From contig QHZP01000033.1 in assembly GCA_003224715.1 (NCBI GenBank), positions 1 to 49,793 of the forward strand: a stretch of 49,793 bases of DNA. Direction: 5' to 3'. Below the pieces are notes generated by a model, which saw nothing but the letters and a program-made list of their open reading frames with translations, made no database searches and was not told the origin of the DNA. The DNA is from Acidobacteriota bacterium. GTDB taxonomy: Bacteria > Acidobacteriota > Terriglobia > Versatilivoradales > Versatilivoraceae. This document shows, piece after piece, positions 9,170-18,659 of this stretch; position 1 is the first letter of the stretch; each line of letters opens with the position of its first letter. Both the position numbers and the translations under genes were made by a program.

Positions 9170-10861
9170 TTAGTGGATTTCTATATCCTTAACGAGGAGC
9201 TGGAGGAACTTCATGCCCTGAAAAGAATTTTGTGAGAGTGTGAAGGCCAGGGAAACTATTCCTGTCGACTCTCGAACGGGTTGGTAATATTGAGCCATGT
9301 TCCAACCAATCGCATCCATCGCCTTGCCATCCTGCTCCACACGGAACTTTAGATGTTTTCCCTTTAGGAGTCGAGGTTCTGCGATTACTGAGAGTTTTCT
9401 GGCGGCAAAAACGGGTTGCGGGTTGGCCGGGCCGAAAGGAGATAATCGTTCGATTTGCCGATAAAATTCGTAATCAATGTCAGAAAGCCTAAGCTCCGCG
9501 TCTATTTCTAACGTGGGTCTCAAATCCTCCGCCTTAATTACGTTCTCGGCAAAAATCCTGAGCCGCCTTTGCAATTCCGCCAAGTGCTTCACGGGCAATT
9601 GAAAACCTGCCGCCTGAGCATGGCCGCCAAAGCGATCGAAAAGCTCTCGACAACTTTCCAAAGCATCCAACAAGTGGAATCTTTTAGTGCTGCGACCCGA
9701 ACCATAACAAATCCCATCTTCTTTCGATATGACCAGTGTAGGGCGGTTAAATCTTTCGGTCAATTTCGTCGCGGCAATTCCAATGACTCCTCGATGCCAG
9801 CTTTCTCCCTCTATGACTATTACCCCTTGTTGACTTAGGGTCGGGTCGGATTCAAATCGATTCTCAATATCCTTCAGAATCTGTTCTTCTATTTGTTGTC
9901 TTTCTCGGTTGAGTCGGTCCATCTCTGCGGCCAGCATTCTGGTTCTCTCCTCGTCGGTGGAAGCAAACAATTCGACGGCCTGCTCGCCGCCTCCCATTCT
10001 GCCTACGGCGTTGATTCGTGGAGCCAACCGAAATCCGACATCGGAACTCGTAATCAGTCGGCCCGCCAGGCCGGAGACCTCTATAAGCGATTTCAATCCG
10101 AAGTTAACAGGAATTTGTAATCCCTCCAAACCGAACTTTGTGAATATCCTGTTTTCACCAATCAATGGAACGACATCGGCTATGGTACCGATGGCTACAA
10201 TTTTAAGAAAAGGAACAAGGTATTTTTCTTTGTTGGCAGTTCTGAAGAGGGCCTGCACCAATTTAAAGGCGACACCCACACCACAGAGATTCTTGTCCGG
10301 ATATTGGCAGTCGGGCCGCTTGGGATTGAGAACAGCTAGGGCTTTAGGGAGTCCTTTTTCGGGTAGATGATGGTCAGTAATGATACAGTCAAGTCCTAAC
10401 CGGGAAGCATATTCTACAACATCAAACGCCTTGATGCCCGTGTCGACACTGATGATCAGCTTAACCCCCTCGGCAGCCGCGTGTTCAATTACATGCACTT
10501 TCATCCCATAACCATCCACCAGACGTCGTGGGATATAGTAAGACGTACTGGCGCCCAGCATTTCAAGTGCCTTGCGCAAAATGACCACGGCTGTTGTACC
10601 GTCTACGTCGTAGTCACCGTAAATCAGAATGTTTTCCTGGAGGTGTATGGCTGTGAGTATTCGCTTAACGGCAATTTCAAGATCAGACATCAAGAAAGGG
10701 TCCTCCAAATATTCAAGCCGGGGGGTAAGGAACTTTCCTGCTGTCTCGATTTGGGTCATTCCCCTATTAATTAGGAGCGTTGCCAGGATCCCAGAAATGT
10801 TCAGGGCGCGAGCGAACTCCTTAACCAGACTCAAATCGGGTTCAGCAATCTTCCATAGCAT
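9170..10861 (-). CDS. recJ: Single-stranded-DNA-specific exonuclease RecJ
   Basis: DHH-family motifs IYGDYDVDGTT, ISVDTG, ITDHH and GGHAQAAGF. Start placed at ATG 10861 (MLWKIAEPD). The ORF is open to GTG 10885. Confidence 0.9.
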   Translation of the reverse strand: MLWKIAEPDLSLVKEFARALNISGILATLLINRGMTQIETAGKFLTPRLEYLEDPFLMSDLEIAVKRILTAIHLQENILIYGDYDVDGTTAVVILRKALEMLGASTSYYIPRRLVDGYGMKVHVIEHAAAEGVKLIISVDTGIKAFDVVEYASRLGLDCIITDHHLPEKGLPKALAVLNPKRPDCQYPDKNLCGVGVAFKLVQALFRTANKEKYLVPFLKIVAIGTIADVVPLIGENRIFTKFGLEGLQIPVNFGLKSLIEVSGLAGRLITSSDVGFRLAPRINAVGRMGGGEQAVELFASTDEERTRMLAAEMDRLNRERQQIEEQILKDIENRFESDPTLSQQGVIVIEGESWHRGVIGIAATKLTERFNRPTLVISKEDGICYGSGRSTKRFHLLDALESCRELFDRFGGHAQAAGFQLPVKHLAELQRRLRIFAENVIKAEDLRPTLEIDAELRLSDIDYEFYRQIERLSPFGPANPQPVFAARKLSVIAEPRLLKGKHLKFRVEQDGKAMDAIGWNMAQYYQPVRESTGIVSLAFTLSQNSFQGMKFLQLLVKDIEIH

Positions 10862-10936
10862 GTCAACAAGCCCACCGATCTTCACAAATTCATTCTTATC
10901 TCAATATGAGACCTGGGAAGGCAGCTCGTAAGAACG

Positions 10937-11158
10937 CTAGTCGCTTCTTGACCTCGGCCTAAACTTTCCAAACAGGTCAAGAACGCCCCAAAAGAAAAGG
11001 CAAATCCAAAAGTCGGTAAGAATACCCCAATCGAGGTGAAATGGTCTGTGCCTCAACGGATAAGGCAGAAACTCTTGGATGGAAAAATAAATGGCATTTC
11101 CACCGACGACGGAGGCGAATGTCTTGCCCACAGACCCCCAATATAGATTACGCAGCAT
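10937..11158 (-). CDS. Hypothetical small membrane protein (73 aa)
   Basis: ATG-initiated ORF just upstream of recJ on the same strand, with hydrophobic segments (FASVVGGNAIYF, FWICLFFWGVLDLF). No recognisable family. Confidence 0.35.
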   Translation of the reverse strand: MLRNLYWGSVGKTFASVVGGNAIYFSIQEFLPYPLRHRPFHLDWGILTDFWICLFFWGVLDLFGKFRPRSRSD

Positions 11159-11607
11159 TTGCTTTACAAATTCTTGCCTTGTAAGAAGAAATCTGGTCCT
11201 GAGCTTCTTTTAAGTTAATTTGGAGTAAGACCGATACACTTAATGGAAAAATGCTTGACTTCGCAGGCATTTGGTTTCAGTTCACCACACGGGCGGATTA
11301 TACTCCCGATCTTATCGGCCGAGCCAATAGTGCTATTGAAACTATTCCCGTAGCCATAGCTCCGGTGTTGAAATGGGAATTTCTGAGGAGCCGCTCATGC
11401 TGCCTGCGACGGCACGCCAAGAAATGACAATTATTCCCCCTTCTAAAAGGGGGTGCGGGGGGCATGTCCTGTGGTGAACGTCGCGCTGGGAGCCCGAAGG
11501 ACACCCCCCTAGGCCCCCCTTGATAGGTCTTGATAGGGGGGATTTTGAGCAGACAGAAACCAGAAATTTTCTATACTTCGAAACTCAATTACATTATCAT
11601 TTTGAGA

Positions 11608-12645
11608 ATGATAACTCAGGATCAAATTAAGGAATTAGAAAAAAAAGTCGAGGAGTTATCCATATTTCATCAAGTTGGAAAAGCTCTCACGTCGACCTTG
11701 GACTTGCAGGAAGTGTTGACATTAATAATGGGCAAGATCAGCGAATTGCAAAAGCCAAGCACCTGGTCGTTGCTGTTGATTGATGAGAAGAAGCAGGAAC
11801 TTCATTTCCAAATTGCCATTGGTAAGAATTCTTCCAACATCAAAGACGTCAGGATCAAAATCGGACAGGGCTTGGTGGGCTGGGTGGCGCAAACGGGTGA
11901 AGCTGCTATTATCAACGACGTTTCCGGAGATCCCCGTTTTTTGCCAGAAATAGATGGGATTTTCCATCCGCATATCAAATCAATTGTTTGTGTGCCACTG
12001 AAAAGCAAGGAGCGAACATTAGGTGTCATTGAATTAATCAACTGCTTTGAAGGAACCTTTCCCAACGAAGATTTGTCAATGCTGACATCTCTGGCAGATT
12101 ACGCAGCCATCGCTATCGAGAATGCGATGTATGTCAAACGGATTCAAGAGCTCACTATCACTGATGATTGTACCAATCTCTACAACTCAAGATACTTCAA
12201 TTATATGATCGACTCTGAGTTGAGCCGCTCAAAGCGTTATAACTACAACTTTGCCCTGATTTTTTTCGATCTGGACCGGTTCAAGTTGGTCAATGATACT
12301 CATGGCCACCTCTGCGGCAGCCGGTTGTTGCGAGAGATTGGAGATCTCATTAAGCAACATCTCAGAGATATCGATACCGCGTATCGTTACGGCGGGGATG
12401 AATTCATTATTCTACTACCACAAACCTCTAAAGAAAACGCCCTGCTCGTGGCTAAGCGACTTTGTAGCCTTTTGAATCAGACCTATGTCACATTAGAGGA
12501 AAATGTCACGGTTAAAATCACCGCCAGCTTTGGCGTGGCCGCCTTTCCGGTAGACGCTACCAGTAAAGTGGAGCTGGTCCGATTGGCAGATCAAGCGATG
12601 TACCGGGTAAAAAATCGAACTCGAAATGATGTAGAGGCTACCTAA
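11608..12645 (+). CDS. GAF-domain diguanylate cyclase (GGDEF)
   Basis: RYGGDEF active site with an RDID (RxxD) inhibitory site five residues upstream, and a DLDRFKLVNDTHGH motif. The N-terminal half looks GAF-like (GLVGWVAQTGEAAIINDVSGDPRF). Start placed at the first ATG. The ORF is open to TTG 11530. Confidence 0.85.
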   Translation: MITQDQIKELEKKVEELSIFHQVGKALTSTLDLQEVLTLIMGKISELQKPSTWSLLLIDEKKQELHFQIAIGKNSSNIKDVRIKIGQGLVGWVAQTGEAAIINDVSGDPRFLPEIDGIFHPHIKSIVCVPLKSKERTLGVIELINCFEGTFPNEDLSMLTSLADYAAIAIENAMYVKRIQELTITDDCTNLYNSRYFNYMIDSELSRSKRYNYNFALIFFDLDRFKLVNDTHGHLCGSRLLREIGDLIKQHLRDIDTAYRYGGDEFIILLPQTSKENALLVAKRLCSLLNQTYVTLEENVTVKITASFGVAAFPVDATSKVELVRLADQAMYRVKNRTRNDVEAT

Positions 12646-12723
12646 CTCCCCCCAGGTTAGACGCCGTTGGTTCCTGTTTCAGGAAGCTGTCTTTGACAGT
12701 CGGATCGAAACACGCATAGGATC

Positions 12724-13635
12724 ATGCCTCATTTTCACTCCCACCCCGCCTCTTCAGAATGTCCAGGCAGCACTCAGCAGTCCGCTTTGAAAATCGCCCT
12801 GGGTCTCACAAGTCTCTTTACCATTGTTGAGTTCCTAGGTGGATGGTTTACGAACAGCTTAGCATTAATGGCGGATGCAGGCCACATGCTCACCGACGTT
12901 GCGGCATTAGGTTTGAGTATTTTTGCTTTGTGGTTCTCTTCACGCCCGGCCACGGCCGCAAAAACCTATGGATTTTTCAGGGTGGAAATTTTGGCTGCAT
13001 TGGCGAATGGCACGACGCTCGTAGTTATCTCCGCGATCATCTTCTACGAATCCTACTATCGAATGAAGGATCCACCTGAAATTAAGAGCGGAATCATGCT
13101 CTCCATTGCGGCTCTGGGACTTGTTATCAATCTGGCTTGTGCCTATTTCTTGCATAGATCGCAACAGTCAAGCTTAAACCTCAGGGGGGCTTTTCTCCAT
13201 GTGGCGGCTGATGCTGTCAGTTCCGTAGGTGCCATTGTTGCCGGGCTCCTGATGTTATTTAAGAAGTGGTACCTGGCAGATCCTTTGACCAGTTTTCTAG
13301 TCGGTGGGCTTATTCTTTATAGCTCTTGGCGTCTGGTCAGAGATTCTGTGGATATTCTCTTGGAGGGTACACCAGCCCACATTGATCTGGATTTGGTAAG
13401 GAGCGAGCTGTGTAAGGTAGAAGGGGTGGAATCGATTCATGACCTTCATGTATGGACTTTGACATCAGGAATGCACGCTATGAGCTGCCATGCGGTTCTT
13501 TCTGGAAACGAAGACCGACATAAGATTCTCAAAGAACTCAGTCAAATAGTCCGGCTTCAATTTAAGATTGACCACACAACGATACAATTGGAAGAAACTA
13601 GTCTGCAGCACCAGGAAATGAACTCTTGTCACTAG
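12724..13635 (+). CDS. Cation diffusion facilitator family divalent-metal efflux transporter (CzcD/ZitB-like)
   Basis: His-rich N-terminus MPHFHSH. Metal-site motifs HMLTDVAALG and HVAADAVSSVG in TM helices. C-terminal domain HDLHVWTLTSG. Confidence 0.9.
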   Translation: MPHFHSHPASSECPGSTQQSALKIALGLTSLFTIVEFLGGWFTNSLALMADAGHMLTDVAALGLSIFALWFSSRPATAAKTYGFFRVEILAALANGTTLVVISAIIFYESYYRMKDPPEIKSGIMLSIAALGLVINLACAYFLHRSQQSSLNLRGAFLHVAADAVSSVGAIVAGLLMLFKKWYLADPLTSFLVGGLILYSSWRLVRDSVDILLEGTPAHIDLDLVRSELCKVEGVESIHDLHVWTLTSGMHAMSCHAVLSGNEDRHKILKELSQIVRLQFKIDHTTIQLEETSLQHQEMNSCH

Positions 13636-13745
13636 ACTCCGCAAGCTGGTATCTCGTTGAGCTGCACTGCGTTATCAAATCGAGCGGCCTCGAGTCGGTC
13701 GTCTCGTGGAGACCTTGACACTCTTCTGTCCGGCTCCCAGGGAGT

Positions 13746-13774
13746 TTGACAAGTTTCTTGAGGGCATCTAAAAT
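13746..13774 (+). promoter_or_regulatory. Candidate sigma70-type promoter upstream of mutS2
   Basis: TTGACA (13746-13751), a 17-nt spacer, then TAAAAT (13769-13774). A second perfect TATAAT lies at 13804-13809. This is pattern match only. Confidence 0.3.
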
Positions 13775-13853
13775 AACAATTGGTGACGTGCTCACCCCCA
13801 ATGTATAATGGTAGGTTTTTAGATAGCCCTTGCCGACAAACGCCCCACATTTG

Positions 13854-16241
13854 ATGACTTGTGCCAATGGGTTTCTGGAATATCAAGACCTGAAACAAGT
13901 CCTAACGAAGTTTGCAGATTCACCCTTAGGTGTCCAACTCGTCCAAGAATTGACCCCCTTTTCAAAGAGGATTGAGATCCAAAAACAATTTGATTTGACA
14001 GGAGAGTGCCTTGAGTTCCTTACCTCAGGTCACGTGCTGCGTTTTAACGAGCTAGGTGATTTTTCGCTGCTCTTCGAAAAACTGGGGATAGAAGGAGTGG
14101 CATTTAATCCCAAAGAGATTTTGGAAATTTTAGGGCTTTTGCTTTGTTCGCAAACGGCTAAGCAAAGTCTTCTTCAGGCCCAGAGCAAAGGCTTGTCCAA
14201 TTTAGGTGAGCTAGGTCGAGCTTTGCCTGATTTGAGCGGATTGGCTTCCATACTTGCAGGTAAGATCAGCCGGTCTGGAGAAGTTGAAGATCACGCAACC
14301 GCACTACTGAAAAAAATTCGCAATGAAATTGGGGTCATCAGAAATCGTCTCTATCATCTGCTGGAACAGACGTTGAAAAGGTATGGGGGCGCCGGGGTTA
14401 TCCAAGACGATGTAATTACGATTCGGAATGAACGATTTGTCATCCCAGTCCGGGCAGACAATCGTAAAGAGTTGGCCGGTGTGGTCCATGGCACGAGTTC
14501 GAGCGGACACACAATTTTCTTGGAGCCTTTGGAGGCCCTAGAACTGAATAATCATTTGGTTCAACTCAAAGAGCAAGCCGAACTGGAGATTCGGAATATT
14601 CTTTTGGCATTGACAAATGAGATAAGGGGAAAACTCTCAGACCTTCAAACGGCCGTTCGATTACTGGCGAGTCTGGATTTTAATTTCGCCAAAGCCAGGT
14701 TTTCCCAACGGTATAAGTGTGTCATTCCCAATGTCAATGAAGGTGGAAGGCTGAGAATAGTCGAAGGGCGTCACCCTATTTTGGAAAACTCACTTCAGTC
14801 TCAAGGTTTGGAGATCGTTCCCATATCAGTAGACTTGGATGGCTCCCAACATATTTTAGTTATTAGTGGCCCAAACACTGGAGGCAAAACTGTTGCTCTT
14901 AAAACCGTTGGCTTGTTGACTCTGATGGGCCTATCAGGAATTGCTGTTCCTGCGGCCGCAGCCGACATAGGTCTCTTTCATCAAGTGTTCGCAGATATTG
15001 GTGACCATCAGTCCATTTCAGAAAACTTGAGCACTTTTTCTTCACATCTCTTAAATATCAGAGAAATATTAGAAAAGGTTTCATCTCCGGCGTTGGTGTT
15101 GCTCGACGAATTGGGGACAGGGACAGATCCAGCAGAAGGCTCTGCCTTAGGAGTTGCCGTCGTCGAGAATCTTCGTGAAAAGGGGATAATGACTATCGTC
15201 ACAACACATCACAATGGCCTTAAAATGTATGCTGCCAAAACCCGGGGGGTCAGTAACGCCAGCGTCGAATTCGACGAAACTACTTTGCGGCCAACTTTCC
15301 GGCTTATTCATGGAATTCCTGGGAATAGTAGTGGGATCGAAATCGCGCGAAAGCTCGGGTTAAAGGAGTCTTTACTCCTATACGCCCAGCAGTTGGTGTC
15401 GAAGGTGGAGCAAGAAGTGGCCCAGTACTCCCAGCATCTTAGAGATCAGATTGAGAAGACTGCCAGCCTCCGCGAGGAATTGGAACGTAAGCAAAGAGAC
15501 GTCGAGAACGACCGAAGGTATTGGGAACAGAGACACAAAGAGTTCGAGGACAAACAGAGAAAGGATCTCGAACAGTCCTGGCGACAGGCATTTGAAGCGT
15601 TCCAAAAGGAAACACGCAAACTGATTTCAGAGATTCAGGACAAATATTTGGCTGTTCGGGCTCGAAGAGAAGTTGATCGAAAAGTCGTTAAACTTAAAGA
15701 AAGAGTGAGCCAGGAACTGGGTTCTTTTTCAAAAAGCCCCAGCGACAGGCCCTCCGAAGCTTTGGCGACCAGTGCATTGATTGCCCCAGGAGCGAAGGTC
15801 ATAGTAAAGAAGTTCGGACAAGAAGGAACCGTCGTCAACACTCTCAAAGACGGGCGACTGGAAGTTGCAGTCGGGAGTTTGAAGTGTGTGGTCAATCCCT
15901 TTGAATTAGAGCCTCGTCAAACGATCAAAGTCTTGCCAGAGGACCGACTTCGGCTGCCGGCCCAGGTGACAGTTCAAATGAACAGTCCGGAACTTCAAGC
16001 CAACGAGATCAACCTGATCGGATGTAGGGTGGATGAAGCCATCAGCCAAGCCGATAAATTTTTGGATATGGCTTATCTGGCCTCCATTTCTCAAGTGCGT
16101 TTGATACATGGATCGGGCACGGGAACTCTGCGGAAGGCTATTGCGGAATGGCTGTCGTCCCAGCCCCATGTCGGAACGTTTCGTGCTGCGGCACCTAATG
16201 AGGGAGGAAACGGAGTTACAATCGTCTCGCTAAAAACCTAA
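13854..16241 (+). CDS. mutS2: Endonuclease MutS2 (MutS ATPase plus Smr domain)
   Basis: Walker A GPNTGGKT, DELGTGTDP, and C-terminal Smr LIHGSGTGTLRKAIAEWL. Start placed at ATG 13854. The ORF is open to TTG 13830. Confidence 0.92.
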   Translation: MTCANGFLEYQDLKQVLTKFADSPLGVQLVQELTPFSKRIEIQKQFDLTGECLEFLTSGHVLRFNELGDFSLLFEKLGIEGVAFNPKEILEILGLLLCSQTAKQSLLQAQSKGLSNLGELGRALPDLSGLASILAGKISRSGEVEDHATALLKKIRNEIGVIRNRLYHLLEQTLKRYGGAGVIQDDVITIRNERFVIPVRADNRKELAGVVHGTSSSGHTIFLEPLEALELNNHLVQLKEQAELEIRNILLALTNEIRGKLSDLQTAVRLLASLDFNFAKARFSQRYKCVIPNVNEGGRLRIVEGRHPILENSLQSQGLEIVPISVDLDGSQHILVISGPNTGGKTVALKTVGLLTLMGLSGIAVPAAAADIGLFHQVFADIGDHQSISENLSTFSSHLLNIREILEKVSSPALVLLDELGTGTDPAEGSALGVAVVENLREKGIMTIVTTHHNGLKMYAAKTRGVSNASVEFDETTLRPTFRLIHGIPGNSSGIEIARKLGLKESLLLYAQQLVSKVEQEVAQYSQHLRDQIEKTASLREELERKQRDVENDRRYWEQRHKEFEDKQRKDLEQSWRQAFEAFQKETRKLISEIQDKYLAVRARREVDRKVVKLKERVSQELGSFSKSPSDRPSEALATSALIAPGAKVIVKKFGQEGTVVNTLKDGRLEVAVGSLKCVVNPFELEPRQTIKVLPEDRLRLPAQVTVQMNSPELQANEINLIGCRVDEAISQADKFLDMAYLASISQVRLIHGSGTGTLRKAIAEWLSSQPHVGTFRAAAPNEGGNGVTIVSLKT

Positions 16242-16269
16242 TCGGACTTCAATTGCTTTAAAGGCTTCA

Positions 16270-17976
16270 GTGGACATTGTCCGGGTCATTTCGGAGTACG
16301 TCCGCCTTCGCAAGGCTGGAGTGAATTACGTCGGACTGTGCCCCTTCCATGCGGAGAACTCACCTTCCTTTCACGTGCACCAAGCTCGACAATTTTATCA
16401 CTGCTTTGGTTGCAACGCCGTCGGCGATGTCTTCAAGTTCGTCCAGTCCATTGAGCGTATCACTTTCCCGGAGAGTCTGAAGCTTCTAGCCGAGAAATAC
16501 GGAATTCCATTGACCGAATCCAATTTCAAGGGGGGATTAGACTCAGCGGCCAGAGAACGTCTGACGCTTCTCGACATCAACCAGAACGCTACCAAAGTTT
16601 TCAAACACCAATTGCGCAACAGTAATGAGGGTAAGCAAGCATTGAAGTACTTGCAGGAACGAGGTCTCACCGAAGAAACCATCGAAAAGTTCGATATCGG
16701 TTATTCCCCAGGCAGTTTCAATACAATAGTTCGCCAGTTAAGTGAGCAGTTTCCTTTGGACCTTCTGCTCAAGAGCGGTCTGATTCTAGCCAGCGAGTCC
16801 GACTCTCGCTATTATGATCGTTTCCGCAGGAGGATCATCTTCCCCATTCAAAATGAAAGCGGCAAGATTATTGCCTTTGGCGGAAGAATTCTTGGAGAAG
16901 GCCAGCCCAAATATCTGAATTCTCCTGAAACAGTCCTGTATTCTAAGAGTCGGACGCTTTATGGGCTCAATCAAGCACGTGGAACCATTCGGCGCGAGGA
17001 CTTCGCCATCCTTGTTGAAGGATACATGGATTGTATTGCGCTACATCAGTCGGGGGTAACCAACGCGGTCGCATCCTGTGGCACCAGTCTCACCGAATGG
17101 CAGGCCAAATTGCTCTCCCGTTTCTCCGAGAAGATTGTTGTCAATTTTGATCCTGACTCGGCAGGAGCTGCCGCGACTCTACGTTCACTCAACATATTCT
17201 TGGAGAGCAATTTTAAGATTAAAGCACTTGTCTTACCCGGTGGAGCAGACCCTGATTCATTTGTTAAGAAAAACGGTGCTCAAGAATACCGTTGTCTGGT
17301 GGAGAAAGCCCCTTCTTATTTTGACTACTTGCTAGATCGGGCCCACCAGGAGAATGATCTAAAAACCGTCGAGGGTAAGATTGCTGCTGTCAATATGATG
17401 CTTCCTTGTTTGCTGCGAATTGCAAATCGCATCGAAAGAGCGGAATTAATTGCACGTCTCTCCCAATTTCTTGGTATCGAAGAATCTATCCTCCGGGAGG
17501 AACTGAAAAACGCTAACCAAAATCGAGAAAAGCCCGTAATTACTCGTTCCCGCATAAAAAAGGAGTTGAAACCTTCGGAAAAATATCTGTTGAAGGCCAT
17601 TTTGGAGAACGATCCGACAGCTGGTGAAATGCTGCGCAAACTGTCTATTTCCCAGGATTACATAGGATTGCAGTCGGAAAATATCTTTCGTGAGATTATC
17701 ACGATGTATCAAGAGGAGGGTGAAATTAGCCTGAAGGTTCTGCACGAAAAGTTGCAGAGCGATATCGATAAAGATTTCTTGAATCAAGCTCTTTTCACGG
17801 AGCTGGACCCAGAACAAGCACTTCGATGTCTGGAGGGAATACAAAGGCAAAAAACCGAGCAGGAGATTGTTCTGCTCCAAGAAAAGATAAAGCAAGCCGA
17901 GCTTTCCCAGGACTTCGAGCTGCTAGTCAGCCTACATTCCAGGAAATCCGAGCTCAAGCGAATGATGGCCGGCTAA
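16270..17976 (+). CDS. dnaG: DNA primase DnaG
   Basis: Zinc ribbon CPFHAENSPSFHV...YHCFGCNAVGD and TOPRIM EGYMDCIALHQSG...NFDPDSAG. The GTG start gives a short N-terminus (see findings). Confidence 0.92.
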   Translation: MDIVRVISEYVRLRKAGVNYVGLCPFHAENSPSFHVHQARQFYHCFGCNAVGDVFKFVQSIERITFPESLKLLAEKYGIPLTESNFKGGLDSAARERLTLLDINQNATKVFKHQLRNSNEGKQALKYLQERGLTEETIEKFDIGYSPGSFNTIVRQLSEQFPLDLLLKSGLILASESDSRYYDRFRRRIIFPIQNESGKIIAFGGRILGEGQPKYLNSPETVLYSKSRTLYGLNQARGTIRREDFAILVEGYMDCIALHQSGVTNAVASCGTSLTEWQAKLLSRFSEKIVVNFDPDSAGAAATLRSLNIFLESNFKIKALVLPGGADPDSFVKKNGAQEYRCLVEKAPSYFDYLLDRAHQENDLKTVEGKIAAVNMMLPCLLRIANRIERAELIARLSQFLGIEESILREELKNANQNREKPVITRSRIKKELKPSEKYLLKAILENDPTAGEMLRKLSISQDYIGLQSENIFREIITMYQEEGEISLKVLHEKLQSDIDKDFLNQALFTELDPEQALRCLEGIQRQKTEQEIVLLQEKIKQAELSQDFELLVSLHSRKSELKRMMAG

Positions 17977-18083
17977 TTAATTTGGATGCCAGAAAAATTT
18001 GCTCGGAGCGAAGTGCCAGACGAAACCTGGGAGTAAAATGAATCCTTAAAATCACAAAAGCAAAATAAGGGAACACCACAATT

Positions 18084-18659
18084 ATGTCAAATATTGAAGA
18101 CAACGATACCCTAGACAATCTAGAACGAACCTTAAGCCTTGGTTTGGATGACAAGTATGACGAGGTGAAACAGCTCATTGATATGGGCAAAGAAAAAGGT
18201 TACCTGCTTTACGATGAAGTCAATGATTTGTTGCCATCCGACGTCACCTCATCGGATGAGCTGGATGACATGTTTTCCATTTTCAGATCCCAAGGGATTG
18301 AGGTGATCGACGGAGAACCCAAAGCCGCTGGAGCCGAGAAACTTGGCTACGACAAAGAGGCCAGCGAAGACGTGGAATTGGATTTGACTCCTGGTGCCTT
18401 GGACAAGACAAACGATCCTGTGCGGCTCTATCTTAGGGAAATGGGTACGGTCCCATTATTAACCCGAGAAGGTGAAGTTGAAATTGCCAAACGGATTGAG
18501 AGAGGACAATTGAATGTTCTAAAAGCAATGTTCCGCTCTCCGATTGTGATCAAAGAGATCATCAATTTGGGTATTCAGTTGCAGAAGGGAGACCGCTCCA
18601 TCAATGATGTCATCGTCTTCAACGACGATGTCCTCACCGAAAACGGTCCAGACCATTGA
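18084..18659 (+). CDS. rpoD: RNA polymerase sigma-70 RpoD, N-terminal fragment (regions 1.1-1.2), ends at a frameshift
   Basis: Acidic region 1.1 and region 1.2 [29 protein letters not shown]. The frame terminates at TGA 18657-18659, while the rest of rpoD continues in the +1 frame. Confidence 0.85.
   Translation: MSNIEDNDTLDNLERTLSLGLDDKYDEVKQLIDMGKEKGYLLYDEVNDLLPSDVTSSDELDDMFSIFRSQGIEVIDGEPKAAGAEKLGYDKEASEDVELDLTPGALDKTNDPVRLYLREMGTVPLLTREGEVEIAKRIERGQLNVLKAMFRSPIVIKEIINLGIQLQKGDRSINDVIVFNDDVLTENGPDH

Noticed and set aside
12690-12705. TTCCTG-TTT-CAGGAA hairpin after the GGDEF gene as a terminator.
   Set aside because: The stem is only 6 bp, it is AT-rich and no T-run follows, so it is too weak to call.
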